From Camelus dromedarius (Eukaryota), in assembly GCF_036321535.1 (NCBI RefSeq), contig NC_087437.1, positions 7,130,001 to 7,194,000 of the forward strand: a DNA stretch of 64,000 nt, given 5' to 3'. Below are positions 12,537 through 26,761 of this stretch, piece after piece (position 1 is the stretch's first letter; each line of letters starts with the position of its first letter). The translations under genes were made by a program, and so were the position numbers. The notes under the pieces are model-generated. The model saw only the letters and a program-made list of their open reading frames with translations, did no database searches and was not told the origin of the DNA.

Positions 12537-14874
12537 CCTTCCTTCTTTTTATCTATCCCCTCAGATTAGGCACCTATTGCCTTATTTTCCCTCCCTTCTC
12601 TCTTTTATGCAAGATTCTTAGGGAATAATCTACTATCAGCTATTGGATATTAGATTATGGATAAATAGAAATCATTGTTGCTTTTTCAAAGTATATTTAC
12701 ACTTAAAAGTCTCATTTTGATTGGAATTGGAAAAATGATGTCTCAGTTATTGGAAAATTAGGCGTTAATGAGCTGATAGCACCAGAGGAACATTATAGAG
12801 CTTCTGGTTTGAGCATAAGGTGATAGTGGGGTAGGGATTTTTTGAAGACTAAAATAACCATTCCAGTTGGCTTGGGAGATCTTTGGGACTTAACTAAATT
12901 TATAATTAGTCCACAACTGATCAATACCACGTGCTCCTGTTGGCCAAAGACTCTTCTTCCCCTCCACCCCCAAAATGATTGACAACTGAGAAAGATAATT
13001 CAGATTTCCAAATGAAGACAACATTGCATCTTGCAAAAATGTCTTCAAATTTCATTACTTTCTCTCACTCCATTTTATGTTCAGGTGTTTTGTTAGAAAA
13101 TGATTGCAGGATCAGGGGAAAATGTTAAAAAGGGGAAAACCAAAGATAAGGTAGCTTTTTTGTTCATTCATTTATTCTTTCAAATATTTATAGAGTACCA
13201 AGGACTAGATGGCATAGGGGCTACAAAGAGTAATTTTTTTCCCCTTTGAGGAAAATAATACAATCTTAAAGGGCCCATGAAAAAAAAAAAAGATTAAGAA
13301 AACACTCCAAAATTTCATTCAGAAAAATATCTGACAAATACCTGGGCACCATGTTGAGCATGGTGACTTGGGCGTGTAGACCGTTGTAAGTGGTTTCCAG
13401 TGGACATGTGTGGGGTCCAACCTGTCCAGCCTAATGAGGCAGCCCTGTGATGCTTACTTTAGGGGCAATGAAAAAGAATGACTTTTTGTCTTCAAAATAC
13501 TTCTCAAGATATCCTTTCTCGTTTGTTAGTATGATAACCATGTTCTGTCTCATTCTTCAGTAAATCCACAAAAAATGTCAAATTGATTCAAATGCTCTAA
13601 AATCTTTTCTCTTTAAAGTTCACTTTTCATGGATTTTGTAGTTCATATGGGGGGAAAACTGAAAAAAAGGGGGTTTTTGGAGTAACTTCTGGTGACTCTA
13701 GATTTTCCTTATTATAGATTTTAAGACTGTTGAAAGCGACGACTTTCTTCCCACTGGATGGAAACTGTTCAGCTCTCCCCTCCAGACACAGATTGCTCTC
13801 TAGAGTCAAAAGTTTGGCCTCTTTTATGCAAAGTAGATTTTTTTTTAAAGCACAAATTGAGCTAGTAAGGTAAAAGGCTGAGTAGATCCTGTTCAGTCAC
13901 CAAAAAACAAAATCATCAATGCCTTTCCATTGTGCTTTATTATTATTTTTTTAAACAAAGCAACTCCTCCCAGCTAAACGTGGGCTGTTCACTTGGGCCA
14001 GGGCAAACACACAGCTATCAGAGGTTTCTGTGAGTAATTAGTAATGTGAACGCAGTCATCGCATTCTGAGATGTGTACATATCTATCCGAGCAGAGGGGA
14101 AATTGTGTAATTAATTTTGAAGCTGTTATGATGTTTCAATTGATTTGGATCAGAAAAAGGAGAACAATTAAGAAGAATCAGAAAACAATATCCCGTTTAG
14201 TATTCTAAGGGGAAGAGAAAAATTAAATAGGAGTTTAATTGAAAAATTCTGATCTATATGAGGGAAATGGAATGTCGCATAAGAAGGAATCCTGGCTTCT
14301 TATGTGAGCACTAATACTGGGCCAGCATCTTGGCCAAAAAATGTCTAAATTCTAATGGTCACAGAGCCCTCAATAGAGAGGGGAGGACAGACAGTCAAAG
14401 TATTAAAACCATTTCAGGTACTGAATTTATCCCGAATTTTTACCTGAATAGCATCCTTCTGGAATGATTCCATTGGGAAAACATTGGGAAAATATTACTC
14501 TGTATTAATTCCTAATACAAAGTATAAAATGTTGTCATTGTTTTAGTCATTCCATGGCCTCTTATGGGTCATTTTGCTTTCTTTGGGTGGCCCTTTAACC
14601 ATGGGAACTGGAATAAACATACTTGTTTTCATAACCTAGATCCTTCTGAAAACACCATTAGCAACTTATAGGTCCATGGAAAAAGCATATGGATATGTTT
14701 CCAGATTCATGATATAGGGTACAATTTTTAAAAAAATTAATCCAATTTAAAGTTTTCAAAACAATCTTGCGTATAATAGCTAAAATCATGTGGTGGAAAA
14801 ATTGTTTTGTTTTTATATATGTGTATCAATTACTTGCTATTTATTGTTTATTTATTGTGTATACAATGCTTCTT

Positions 14875-15890
14875 TTATTATTTATTTATTTTAATATGTG
14901 TTTATTGAAGTACAGTCAGTTTACAATGTTGTGTCAATTTCTCATGTACAGCTCAATTCTTCAGTTATACGTGAACATACATATATTCATTTTCATATTC
15001 TCTTTCACCACAAGTTACTACAAGATACTGAATGTGGCTCCCTGTGCTATACAGTATAAACGTGTTATCTATTTTATATATATCAGTATCTGCAAATCTC
15101 AAAATCCCAATTTATCTCTTCCCACTCCTTTCTCCCTCTGCTAACCATAGGTTTGTTTTCTATGTCTGTGAGTCTGTTTCTGTTTTATAAATAAGTTCAT
15201 TTGTCTTTTTTTTTTTTAAGATTCCACATATAAGTGATCTCATAGGGTATTTTTCTTTCTCTTTCTGGCTTATTTCACTTAGAATGACATTCTCCACGTC
15301 CATCCATATTGCAGCAAATTGCACTAGTTTATTATTTTTTATGGCTGAGTAGTATTCCATTGTATAAATATACCACAACTTCTTTATTCAGTCATCTGTT
15401 GATAGACATTTAGGTTGTTTCCATGTCTTGGCCATTGTAAATAGTGCTGCTATGAACACTGGGGTGCAGGTGTCTTTTTGAATTAAGATTCCCTCTGGAT
15501 ATATGCCAGGAGTGAGAATGCTGGATCATAGGGTAAGTCTATTTTTAGTTTTTTGAGGAATCTCCATACTGTTTTCCATAATGGCTGTACCAAACTACAT
15601 TGCCACCAACAGTGTAGGAAGGTTCCCTTTTCCCCTCATCCTTTCCAGCATTTATCATTTGTGGACTTTTGAATGATGGCCATTCTGACTGGTGTGAGAT
15701 GATACCTCATTGTAGTTTTGATTTTCATTTCTCTGATAATTAATGATATTGAGCATTTTTTCATGTGCCTATTGGCCATTCGTATATATTCACTGGAGAA
15801 TTGCTTGTTTAGGTCTTCTGCCTATTTTTGGATTGAGTTGTTTGTTTTTTTTGCTATTAAGTTGTATGAGCTGTTTATATATTCTGGAGA
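14875..15890 (-). mobile_element. Young 5'-truncated LINE-1
   Basis: Same 3' UTR as the 11.1-kb copy. ORF 15160-15378 (MWYIYTMEYYSAIK...) is the L1 ORF2 end. Confidence 0.95.
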
Positions 15891-18800
15891 GTGTCCACTA
15901 TGTTTCTAACTATATTTCCTACTGCTGTTTCATCAGTTCTTGCTAGAAAAAATGCAGGGATTTCCTTGTGTCCACTGTCCTCATAATTCCCTTGTGAGCA
16001 CAGATTTTTCAGGAAAATCAACTCCAGCCTTGGAACCCCAAACCCATGACTTTTGAAACTCTACTGAACTAATGATGAGAGAAATACAGATAAGAAAATA
16101 TATATCATATCAACCACATATTCTACTGCTTAACAGTTTGTTTTAAAAATAATGGCAGGCCTATAAATTCTGGCAGAAGTTTTGTCTTAAAAAGAGACTA
16201 AAATTAGTATGCAGTAAGTTTTGTCCAAATTGTATAATTCATTTTCTTCTGATAAGTATAGTTGCATGACTTCAAATCTTCTCATGAGCTGATTTATTAG
16301 ATTAGATTCTTTTTGGCTAATCACCTAAGAAGATTGGAGTCAAAAGAAAAGAAATGGATAAAAGTTCATCTGCTACAAATACAACCATTTCTGGCTCCTG
16401 TTCGATAAATGTGTGGCCAGGAGGTCGAATTCTCCTTTCTTGTGAGTTTGGAATTTTGGTTTCCTTGAATTCAGATGACTCACTAGATTGGGAGAGCGCA
16501 TTTCACACAGGTTGGAGAAGATGAGGGGTCTTTTCTGCCTTCAAAAATCTGATGTGCCAAGTTCAGTATAGAGGGTAAATCAACAGAGCCCTGTGAATGG
16601 TGATTTGGGAAACAACCTGTTAGAATGTGCAAGATTATGTCTATTTCATTACCTCCTGTTAGAATTCATTAGATAAAAGATCTGTTTTTGTTCATCCCAT
16701 ATTAAAGTATGCATAAATTTTAGGCTCCTTGAGAATGTTGCCTGATAGTTAATCTTTTCTCAGCTCCTTTGCAATCTTTTTGTTTTTCTCTCTCTAATAC
16801 CAAAAAGAGGTCCAGGGGAAACAGCTTGTGGTGCATTCTTGGGGGATTTCAGGTACTTTCACACACTCTAACCAACAATTTGATGATAGAATAAAAAGAA
16901 CACAAATGATTAGAAGCCACTCAGTATCTACAAGCAAGATTCGATGGATGTGCTTACAAAACCTTGAACTGTTCTCATATTTCTGTTCTGTCCATGCATC
17001 AGCCTCTTTTTCTTTCTGTCTCAGAACTGGGTTCTCCTCACGTCTTTCCTGGCTACACCGCAGAGAGATGATTTTTATGTCCTTCCTTGAAAGGAGAGTG
17101 TCTTGTTGGGTGGCTGTCATTTATCCTGTAACATAAAACTTCCTCCTCGGACCCTTTCTTCTTCTGGAAAGTAGCTGTTCTGAGGATGTCATATGTATTT
17201 CAACCTGATGATCATGAGTCAAAGTGGTGCGGAGCTTAAATTACAATCTTTTCAAAAAACAGTACCATTTTTTACAAAAAAAAGTTGGGGTTTCCTCTAA
17301 TTATATAATAAAAAAGACTTTAGGTGTAAGATGCTGGGAAATCCGTGTTTCTTCCCACTAATCACCCGTTGCTTTTTTAGTCCTTTCCCTGGATAACAGA
17401 ATGAATATACTACAGAAGCCTTCTTACCTGGTCACTAAGGCCTCTGTCTCCTTGGCAACGAAACTTTTCCAAGATTACAGAGAAAATGTTTCCTTCAGCC
17501 CTGGAGCTGTTTTAATGCTTTCAAATGTCAGAAGAAAAGATTCGATAGTCCCATGGGTGCTGGTGTGAAGGTGGGCAAGAGACAATATTTAAAAACATGT
17601 TTAGTCAATTCTTCACAGGCAGCAACCTTCAAAGTGTGCGCACATTAAAAAAAATAGCATAAATCAGTTGTGGAAGAGGTTTCGAGCTTAAGTAGAGGGA
17701 GAATCCCCTATTTGGCTGCCTCCAAAGCACTGGGTGTGGGACTTCCTGCATTCTGGTACCCCTCCATTGTCAGGCTATAGAGACCTGTTTTTACAACTGC
17801 TGGGGACACAAAAGGCAAAGGAAGTTCAGCGCCCCTGAACGCTCACATTGACTTTCATCTTGTGTGCAAAAGAAGTTCAGTTTTTAACATTTCCCTATTA
17901 CTTATTAGAGCTTTCTCATGAGCCCCCACTTACCAAATATCAATTTTAGGAGGTTACCTTTAACGAATCCTTAATCTGGACTTTGTCTTTAAGTAACCTG
18001 GTCTAATGGAGAGGATTTTTTTTTTCCAAACTGTTCTCCAGTCTTCAGACTCCAAGCCATTTTCCTTCCAAGAGCTGGGTGGAGGAAAGGGAATTGCTAT
18101 CCCTCATGGTAGATGCTCAGGGCTTTGTTTGGCCATCTTATGCTTTTTCTGGGGTGATGATGTCTGAGGTGTGGCTGGTTCCATCCCTGCTGGACTCTAG
18201 TGCTGAAGGATGCCCCTGGTAGGCGTTGGGTTCTCTCCTCCATCTTGGTACAGTCAGAGCATAGTGGTCCCCCTCTTTCTGAGTCTTTGGGCACCCTTGG
18301 TGCTGTGGGTACTCCCAAAGGACACCAACATCTCCTGTCCTTCAGGCTCAACCCTGCTTTGTAGACCTCAGCTAGACCCTTTTTCTCCTGCCATAGTGAC
18401 TCAGCCAGACCCTAAACTGCTTAGTGTGTCCACTGAAAACGTTTTTAATATCATTATATTTTAGTTGCAGCAGGGGTCCCAAGCAAGCAGTTTCATATTC
18501 ACCATTTTAACATCAAAGTCCAACATTGGCAGACAAACCGTCTTACTCATCACCAACCACATAAGAGCACCGTGACTGATGTTTACCAGGCCACTCATGT
18601 ATATCTGCTGAATGAATGAATTAGTGAGTGAATGAATGACCCCACTGAGTTCTTAAGGAATAGAAGTCTCTCTAGTCCAGCCAAATTTATCCTTAAATAT
18701 TTATCAAGTGCATGCTCCAATTCACTCTTATTTAAGAAAGGACTTGATAAGCACCAAATCCTTTAGGTAAATTTGTCCCAGAAAAAAATTCAAAAGGCAG

Positions 18801-19319
18801 AGAGTATTCTAGAAGTGACTTGGTTAGACACCCCTGTGAGATTCTCTGTTACCTTGCCAGGAAAATAGTGGCCCATCATCAATACAGGTAATTGCTAAGA
18901 CACATTGATAGAAAAGGCATCTTAATCAAAGATTCTATTGGAAACATATGTGAAACCATCCGATTTCTAGGCCACAGGGCAGTAACAACCTTCCTATCTA
19001 ATTTATTTCTTATTTTTATGAGCATTTATTATTTGGAGAAACACTGCCTAATTAGACCAAGCACAGGGGAAAAGAGCATTAACGCTCTTTGCTCCTTGTT
19101 TGATGGAATGTGGCTGCAGAGACGGCAGTATGTTAAGGCTTCCATGGAACTTGTCTTCTAGGACTTCATAGACAGACAAGGAGCAGTCCTGGCTAAGTCC
19201 ACTCAGGGTGGATACAGATGCTGTTAACCTGTTTCCCCCGGGGTATTGGTGCAGACTCAGATTCCTCTTGTTACTCAAACTTCTTGTCAGTCGATTCTTT
19301 CTGTCACTGAATCCCACCA

Positions 19320-19930
19320 GAAAGTGGAAAGTAGTAAGTGTCCACCAACAGATGAGTGGATGAAGAAATGGCAGGATATGCGTACAATGAAATACTCCTC
19401 AGCCATTACAGTGAAGGAATCCTGCCTTCAGCAACAACATGGATGGAATTTGAGGGCGTTATACTAGGTGAAATGAGCCAGACAGAAAGACCAACATTGG
19501 ATGCTCTCACTTCCATGGGGATCTAAAAAAGCCAAACTCACAGAAACAGAGTAGAATGATGGTTGCCAGGAGTGGACGGTAGGGGAAAGGAGGAGATATT
19601 CGTCAAAGGGGACAACTCCCAGCTAGAAAGTGAATACGCTCTGGGGATCTAATGCATCACGTGGGGATTATAGTTAACAATATTGTACTATATGCACGTG
19701 GTGACTATAGTTAATTATATTGTATTATATACTTGAAAATTAAGAGAGTAGATTTTAAATGTTATCACCACACACACAAAATGGTAATTATGTGAGAGGA
19801 TAGAAGTCTTAACTAACCTTATTGTGCTAATCATTTTGCAACATAGATATGTATCAAATCACCACATTGTACACCTTAAACTTACATACATTGTAGGCCA
19901 ATAACATCTCAACATAGCTGGAAAAAGACT
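19320..19930 (+). mobile_element. LINE-1 3' end (L1MA-like)
   Basis: aagtgtccaccaacagatgagtggatgaagaaatg...tacaccttaaacttacatac...catctcaacatagctggaaaaa. Confidence 0.85.
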
Positions 19931-21984
19931 TACATGACTTGTGGAAAAAAAAGTGAAAAGTCGAACATTAAATACAAGATAAAAAAGAAAAAAAATTAAA
20001 GAGAAAACTGAAATTGCCATTAGAAATAATAGCATATAAATTCTGAAGGAAGTACAACTTCTTTCTTCTTGCAGCAAAAGGTGAAACCTTAACATGAAAG
20101 TAGCCGGGTATAAGACACTCCAAATTTTGGCTCAAATCAACCTGTCCACGGATTAAGATTTTCTGATTTTTTTTTTTATTGAGTGTATGTTATTGAGCTG
20201 GAAAAAAAAAGACTTAATTCAAAAGCATGACTGGTTGCATAGAGGAAGTGCTACATGTTTAATAAATAGTTCTGACTATAATTCAGTGTATTCTCAGGGG
20301 GGTTTCCACGAGACAGGACAATATATACTGTGTGGTTTGTCTTTTTATACTGGTTATTGACAGATTTTAAAAAATTCTCATCTATACTATTGTTTTCACT
20401 GTATTCTTTATAATATTGCACAGAAAACATGCTACTATTAAATCATTTGATAAACCATGGGCTTATTTGATAGATGTACAACTGTTGTCTATGTTATTTT
20501 CCAATAGCATCAGAATCAAATCAATGGACATGTTATTAAGAAATATCTTTAGTAAAATAATTCAAGCTGTATGTGGTATATAGCAGTTGTACATCAGAGT
20601 TGACACCATGTCCATTCCAACAGTTTGCTTTAATTAATGGAGATTTATTTATTAATAATGTATTTTTTATTTTATTTATTTGAATGCTTTTTTATTTTTA
20701 TTTTTAAAATTTATGTTATGAACACTAATTTATGAATGTTCACAACTGAGAACAGAAAAGTTTCCAGCTGAGGTCTCTCAACCATCGCTGGCTGGCTTTT
20801 TCTTAGGGTTCTTTCCCATTTGGTTGAATTTTTCCAGTCTTTGCTCTCCTTTGTTTTTTGCCTCCTTTGTTTTTTGCCACCTTTGTTGACACCTGGAAGA
20901 TTCTTTATTTAGTGTTTTGCTTGCTTGTTTTAGCTCAGCTGGCCTGGAGGGGAGGGCTGGAGTGGCAAATTGGGATTAACAAGGTTGACAGCTGCACCTT
21001 TTCATGAGTGGCATGGTCTTTGGACCACATCTTGAAAACTCAGGAGGGTAGAAGCCAGAAGCCCACACAGTCACACCCACATGTGACCTTCCAAACAGAG
21101 TTCTGTTGAGGCCCCTTCTGTCACATGAGAATTATGAGATGGTGGCTTTGACCACACCATGGCATCACTAGTAGGGAGGGGACCGAGACTGAGTCTTCAC
21201 TGCCAGGCCCTGGCAGGGAATCCCTTTGGCACCAGTTAATTAAGAGATACGTTATCTGCAGCTAACTCCAATGCTATCCATCATGAGATATTCTGATGTC
21301 AAATTCCTTTTGACTTTTTCTGATAACCCTTTAATTATTTACTAGACTAGAGATGTTCTAGGGCTTGGAAGGGTGGGGGGAAGAAAGCTGACATATCTGA
21401 ACAAGTGAGTAATTTATAATGGAACTAAAATATTCATAAAATGACAAGTCAGATACTTCAATTAACACCATACCTTCTATTTCTGTTCCTGATGGTAAAT
21501 TGAAGCCTCCAAATAATGTTTGTTTTATAGTGGAGGATGCATTTCTGAACTGAGCTGGAAAATTTAAAGTCACTACCTTTGTGCTCAGCTGATCTCTTTA
21601 AAGCCAGGATAGGAAACGGATTCTTAATACATCTACTATAAATAGTAGACATGGCAACTCTGTTTAGTGAATTCACTTTCTAAGCCACTGATTCTTCAGG
21701 AGTCCCAGGGAGGCAGGTCACCTATTTAACTTGGTTATCTGGCATCATTTTGCATTGGTTTGTTATGTTAGGGCTCAGGGACACAGAACTGGATAAATCA
21801 AAATCCTTAGTTCATTATACATTCTTATAATTGGTCTTTGTATGGCTCCATTTGATTTAGTTATGCAGTTGGCTAATTAATTATTTAAAATATGTAAGCA
21901 GTACTTGCATAAGCTTCAAACAAAACAAAGTGAAATCTTGGTAATAACCAACAACTAACTATGTATCCTCCCCCGTCAGCTTGT

Positions 21985-22115
21985 CCTCTAATTTTTTCTC
22001 ATTGGAGGGGAAATCTGAAGTCAGAATAGATGAGTGACTTGCCCAAGGTCACATACTGGGTAAGGGGAGAGATGGATTTCAAGTGCAACTTTGAACTTTG
22101 TAACCATTAACTCTC
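21985..22115 (-). mobile_element. MIR SINE fragment
   Basis: ggaaatctgaagtcagaatagatgagtgacttgcccaaggtcacatactgg. Confidence 0.75.
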
Positions 22116-22159
22116 AGAAAAATATCAGTATGTCAGTGATGTTTTAAGAAAAGAAAATT

Positions 22160-22496
<337 letters not shown>

Positions 22497-23584
22497 TTTC
22501 ATGGAAGAGATGACACTTTATTCTCACTGTCAGTAGACTAATTATTTATTGCACAATACCGAAAAATGAAAAACATTAGGGAACATTCTGTAAGTGACAT
22601 ATATTTTTGCAGACACATAGCCTTAGTTATCTGCAAAGGTGATGCATATAATATAGGAAAAAGCAATATTATATAAACCTGAACACCTATAAAGTCATAT
22701 GTACATATACTGATTACATTTGCTGAGTGTTCTTAAATTATTAATCTAATATACCTCACTTGTGCATGCTAAACTTTCCCATTATGTGGCACATACAATT
22801 TAAAAAATTATCACCATGTGTCCCCTTTTACATGTCTATCCAAGCAACACCATCTCCCTCCATATAATCACCTTGGAAGACTTGGCACTTACTCCAACAA
22901 TACTGCCGGGTTCTTGAAAAGTTTTTGGAGCTTCTTTTAATTGGATTTTCCCTTGCTGCCATCTTAAGAGGGAAATAATAAAACCAGTATCATTATTTTC
23001 ATGTTCCCTCTCCCACGCTGTTCCACCCAGAAGAGCATCATTTACTATTACATCACCCAGGAATCTGAGCTGCAAGCAACAGAAACTGACTCTTACTGAT
23101 GCACGCAGGAAAGGAATTTCCTGGTGAAAAACTGGATAGCACATAGAATTACTGAGAACATTAGAGAGCTAAGCTTTTCAGACATGCAGATACTAAGGGC
23201 ATCCCTGCAGTCAGGAGCACAGCCCAGGTAATTCCCGTGACCCAGTGTTACAAAAGCACAACTGAAGAAGGGCTGCCTAAGCTTCTACCTCTGACATTGT
23301 CAGTGGTGGACCCTGGCTGCTGCCATTGGCACTATAGATGTTGCTGCCTCTGTGGCCAGAAATAATTCTCCCCTGCCCCTCCTTCTGTGATCTGCTAGTT
23401 CCTGATTCAGCATCCTTCTGGGGTCTCTCTGATTGATTTAAATGTCACTGTGGTCCTGCAATTTTCAGGAAAGCTGAGACAAGAAATGTCTGGCTTCCTT
23501 ACCTTCTTTAGGATTCAGGGACCTCTGTTCTGATATGGCAGAGACAGAGAGGGGCTCGTGAGTACGTGTGTTCTCCATCCACAG

Positions 23585-23910
23585 TATAGTGGAGTTTCTG
23601 TTGGCTTCCTGGACAGAATTTGTATTTCCCAGGTGACCTTGCATTTAGAGGTGGCCATGCGACTGGTTCTCATGAATGGATAGAAATGGAAATGACAGGG
23701 TCACTTCTGGTTGATGTGGTTAAGGATGAGTGTGCCTTTTTGCTTTCTTTTTCCCTTGCTGTGAGACCCTGTTTTGAGGACAGTGGGGTCCCCAGTGGAA
23801 GGAACCTAGAACTCTGAATTAGCAGTGGAAGTTTAGTTAAATTTCAGTTTCGGGCTTTTGTGTGAATGAGGAGTGAACTTTTGCAATTTGGGGTGTTTAT
23901 CCACCACAGG
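23585..23910 (+). mobile_element. Old MaLR LTR (MLT1I/J-like)
   Basis: tgtatttcccaggtgaccttgcatttagaggtggccatgcgactggttct...gaacttttgcaatttggggtgtttatccaccacag. Confidence 0.6.
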
Positions 23911-25097
23911 TGACAGTCATTAATTTTTTCTATGTGTCACACTCAGTCCTTATTGGTACCAATTATTGGTCTGGGTTTTGCTATAGTGACACGTGTAGGA
24001 TTGTTGAAGGTGTGCCTGGACATAACTCTATAATAGGAAGAGAGTCAGTTTATCTTAAGGACAAATTAAGGATGAGGACCTGGAAGAGAGTACACAGCAT
24101 CTGTTAGAATGAAGTCAAACATTTCTAACCTTTTCCTGATGTGATGCACAGAGTGAGTGGTCCAGCGAGAGTGGTTCACTCCCGTGGTTATGTCCTAAGC
24201 TGTCTTTAATCCCAAGCCTTAGACGTGATTGTACCTAGACTTAATTTTTACAATGACTTTGAATCTGCTCTAATATTTATGTATTTACAAAACCAACCAA
24301 CCTCACACTTCCATAACTTAAGTGGCATTAATAGCAAATTACTTGCTACACACCCTACAATCATGCAGCCTATAGGTAAGTCTGGATCCCCAGATTAGCA
24401 CTTTCTACCAAGCTTGGGCTTGAATAGAAATCTACGTGGGGGGTAAGGATAGGGTTCTCTCAGTTCTCTGAAAAGAAACTTCGTACTCTTTTGCATAAAT
24501 CCAGTCTCTAAAAAGCTCCACCCTCCAACGCACACTAATAAGTGCTCTTCACCAACCTGAACAGAATCTTTCCCGTCAAATCTTTGGAAGCCTTCTGTGA
24601 GATCATATTCCTTCATAAATCTCTCCCTATTTTCACTTTCACCGTACAATCTCCTACTTATAAAAGTGACACAGAGGAGTCTAATATAACTTGGTCCACT
24701 TAATGATTCTTATTGGCAGGGGAAATGCGATTTTTTTCTCTGAGTTAATTCTAATTAAACCCATGTGCTGCCTTCTACACAGAGAACACTTTCTGGGGGG
24801 CCTTTTCCCCTGGTGTCATCTTCCAGGTGAGTAGCTGTGTTGGCAAAGTTGGCCATGGGACTGGGAGGTATTAATGCCCTGATATCATAGTCCCCAGAGT
24901 AAGTAGACCCTTCTGATAGACAATGATGCCATCTTAAGAATAATCAGGAGCCAGTAGCAGGTGTCTTACATGGTATCTTATTAATGGGGACTGAATTATA
25001 TCCTCCTAAATCAAGGAGAAGTTCACATGGCCGACAGATCAAGAAATCTGGCTTTTGGTTCCATTCATCTCGATACCTTCCCAAACTCCTGAAAACA

Positions 25098-25099
<2 letters not shown>

Positions 25100-25134
<35 letters not shown>
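25100..25134. repeat. A35 homopolymer
   Basis: Read directly; no SINE or L1 body next to it. Confidence 0.95.
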
Positions 25135-25136
<2 letters not shown>

Positions 25137-25696
25137 CAGCTTTGTTTATATTTTGTCCTAAGCTTCTTGGAAAAGCAACTCCCTGACTTCACAGAGTTCT
25201 GTTACTCAAGCTGTTTTGGATTTTACAACATCATCCCAGGTACTAGAGAATATAGCACATAGTGGGAACGTTTTTCTTGTCTGTAGAAGTAATTTAAATC
25301 CTCCAGGGTCGAGACCTCAAGGGTAAATTTATTAGTTGACAAACCTAGGATTTATCATGGAGGACCAAGATGAAGGGATTCTTTAGGTTATAGGCTTCTC
25401 TTCTAGAAAATTTGCCTCATGAGAAATGAGAAGAGAAAAATATCATGCCAGTGGCCCAGGTGGGACCATCAAAATCCACTGCTTTGGCTCATCCACATTT
25501 TTCTTGCTGTCACGTACATTGTCATCTTTTCCTTGTCAGAGATGTCATCCCCTCCAGCAAAATCTGGACAGACTAAAATGGGGGACACAGGGTTATCAAG
25601 GGACATAGAGGAGAGGGGAAGGGGGAAGGGAGGGGTGGGGCCAAGTTCTTACCAGCTCTGGGAATCATGGCTCCTCCTTGAATGGTATCTTTCTAG

Positions 25697-26650
25697 TTTT
25701 ATTGAAGTATAATTGACAAATAAAATTTAAATAAATGAAATATACTGCATAGCATTCTATTGTGTATATATACCACAACTTCTTTATCCATTCATCTGTT
25801 GATGGACACTTAGGTTGCTTCCATATCCTGGCAATTGTAAATAATGCTGGCTATGAACATTGGGGTGCATGTATCTTTTCAAATTTGGGTTTTTGTTTAT
25901 TTCAGGTATATACCCGGGAGTGGAAATGTTGAGTCACATGGTAGCTCTACTTTTAATTTTCTGAGAAACCTCCATAGTGGCTGCACCAATTTACATTCCC
26001 ACCAAGAGTGTAGTAAGATTCCCTTTTCTCCACATCTTAGCCACAATCTGTTTTTGTGTTCTTTTTAATGACGGCCATTTGTAGGTGTGAAGTGATATCT
26101 CATTATGGTTTTGGTCTGCATTTCCCTGATGAGCATCTTTTCATGTGTCTGTTGGCCACTGCACGTCCCCTTTGGGAAAATGTCTACTCAGTTCTGTCCA
26201 TGTATTAGTCAAATTGTTTATTTATTTATTTTTGATGTTGACTTGTGTGAGCTGTTTATATATGTTGGCTATTAATCCCTTATCGGTCATATCACTTGCA
26301 AATACTCTCTCCCATTCGGTGGGTTAGTTTTTCTTTTTGTCAATGATTTCCTTTGCTGTGCAAAAGCTTTTTAATTTAATTAGGTCCCATTTGCTTATTG
26401 CTGCTTTTAGATCCTTTACTTTAGGAAAAATATTGCTGCAATTTATGTCAAAGAGTGTTCTTATCTCCTTAGATAGGTTTATTCCTAGGTATTTTATTCT
26501 TTTTGATGCAATGGTACATGGAATTGTTTCCTTAATTTCTCTTTCTAATATTTTGTTATAAGTGTATGGAAATGCAACAGATTTCTGTGTATTAATTTTA
26601 TATCCTCTAACTTTACCAAACTCATTGATGAGTTCTAGTAGTTTTCTGGT
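25697..26650 (-). mobile_element. LINE-1 fragment (ORF2 3' part, with internal deletions)
   Basis: ttctttatccattcatctgttgatggacacttaggttgcttccat...tttattcctaggtattttattctttttgatgcaat. Confidence 0.9.
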
Positions 26651-26761
26651 TTACCTTGCCTTCTAAGACTCTAGGAGTAATTTTAGAAGCCGTCCTTCCC
26701 ATTGCCTGTTTGTCCTAGGAAAGAGATTGTCTGTCCTGTGGTTAAGAGCTGGAGTAGACCT

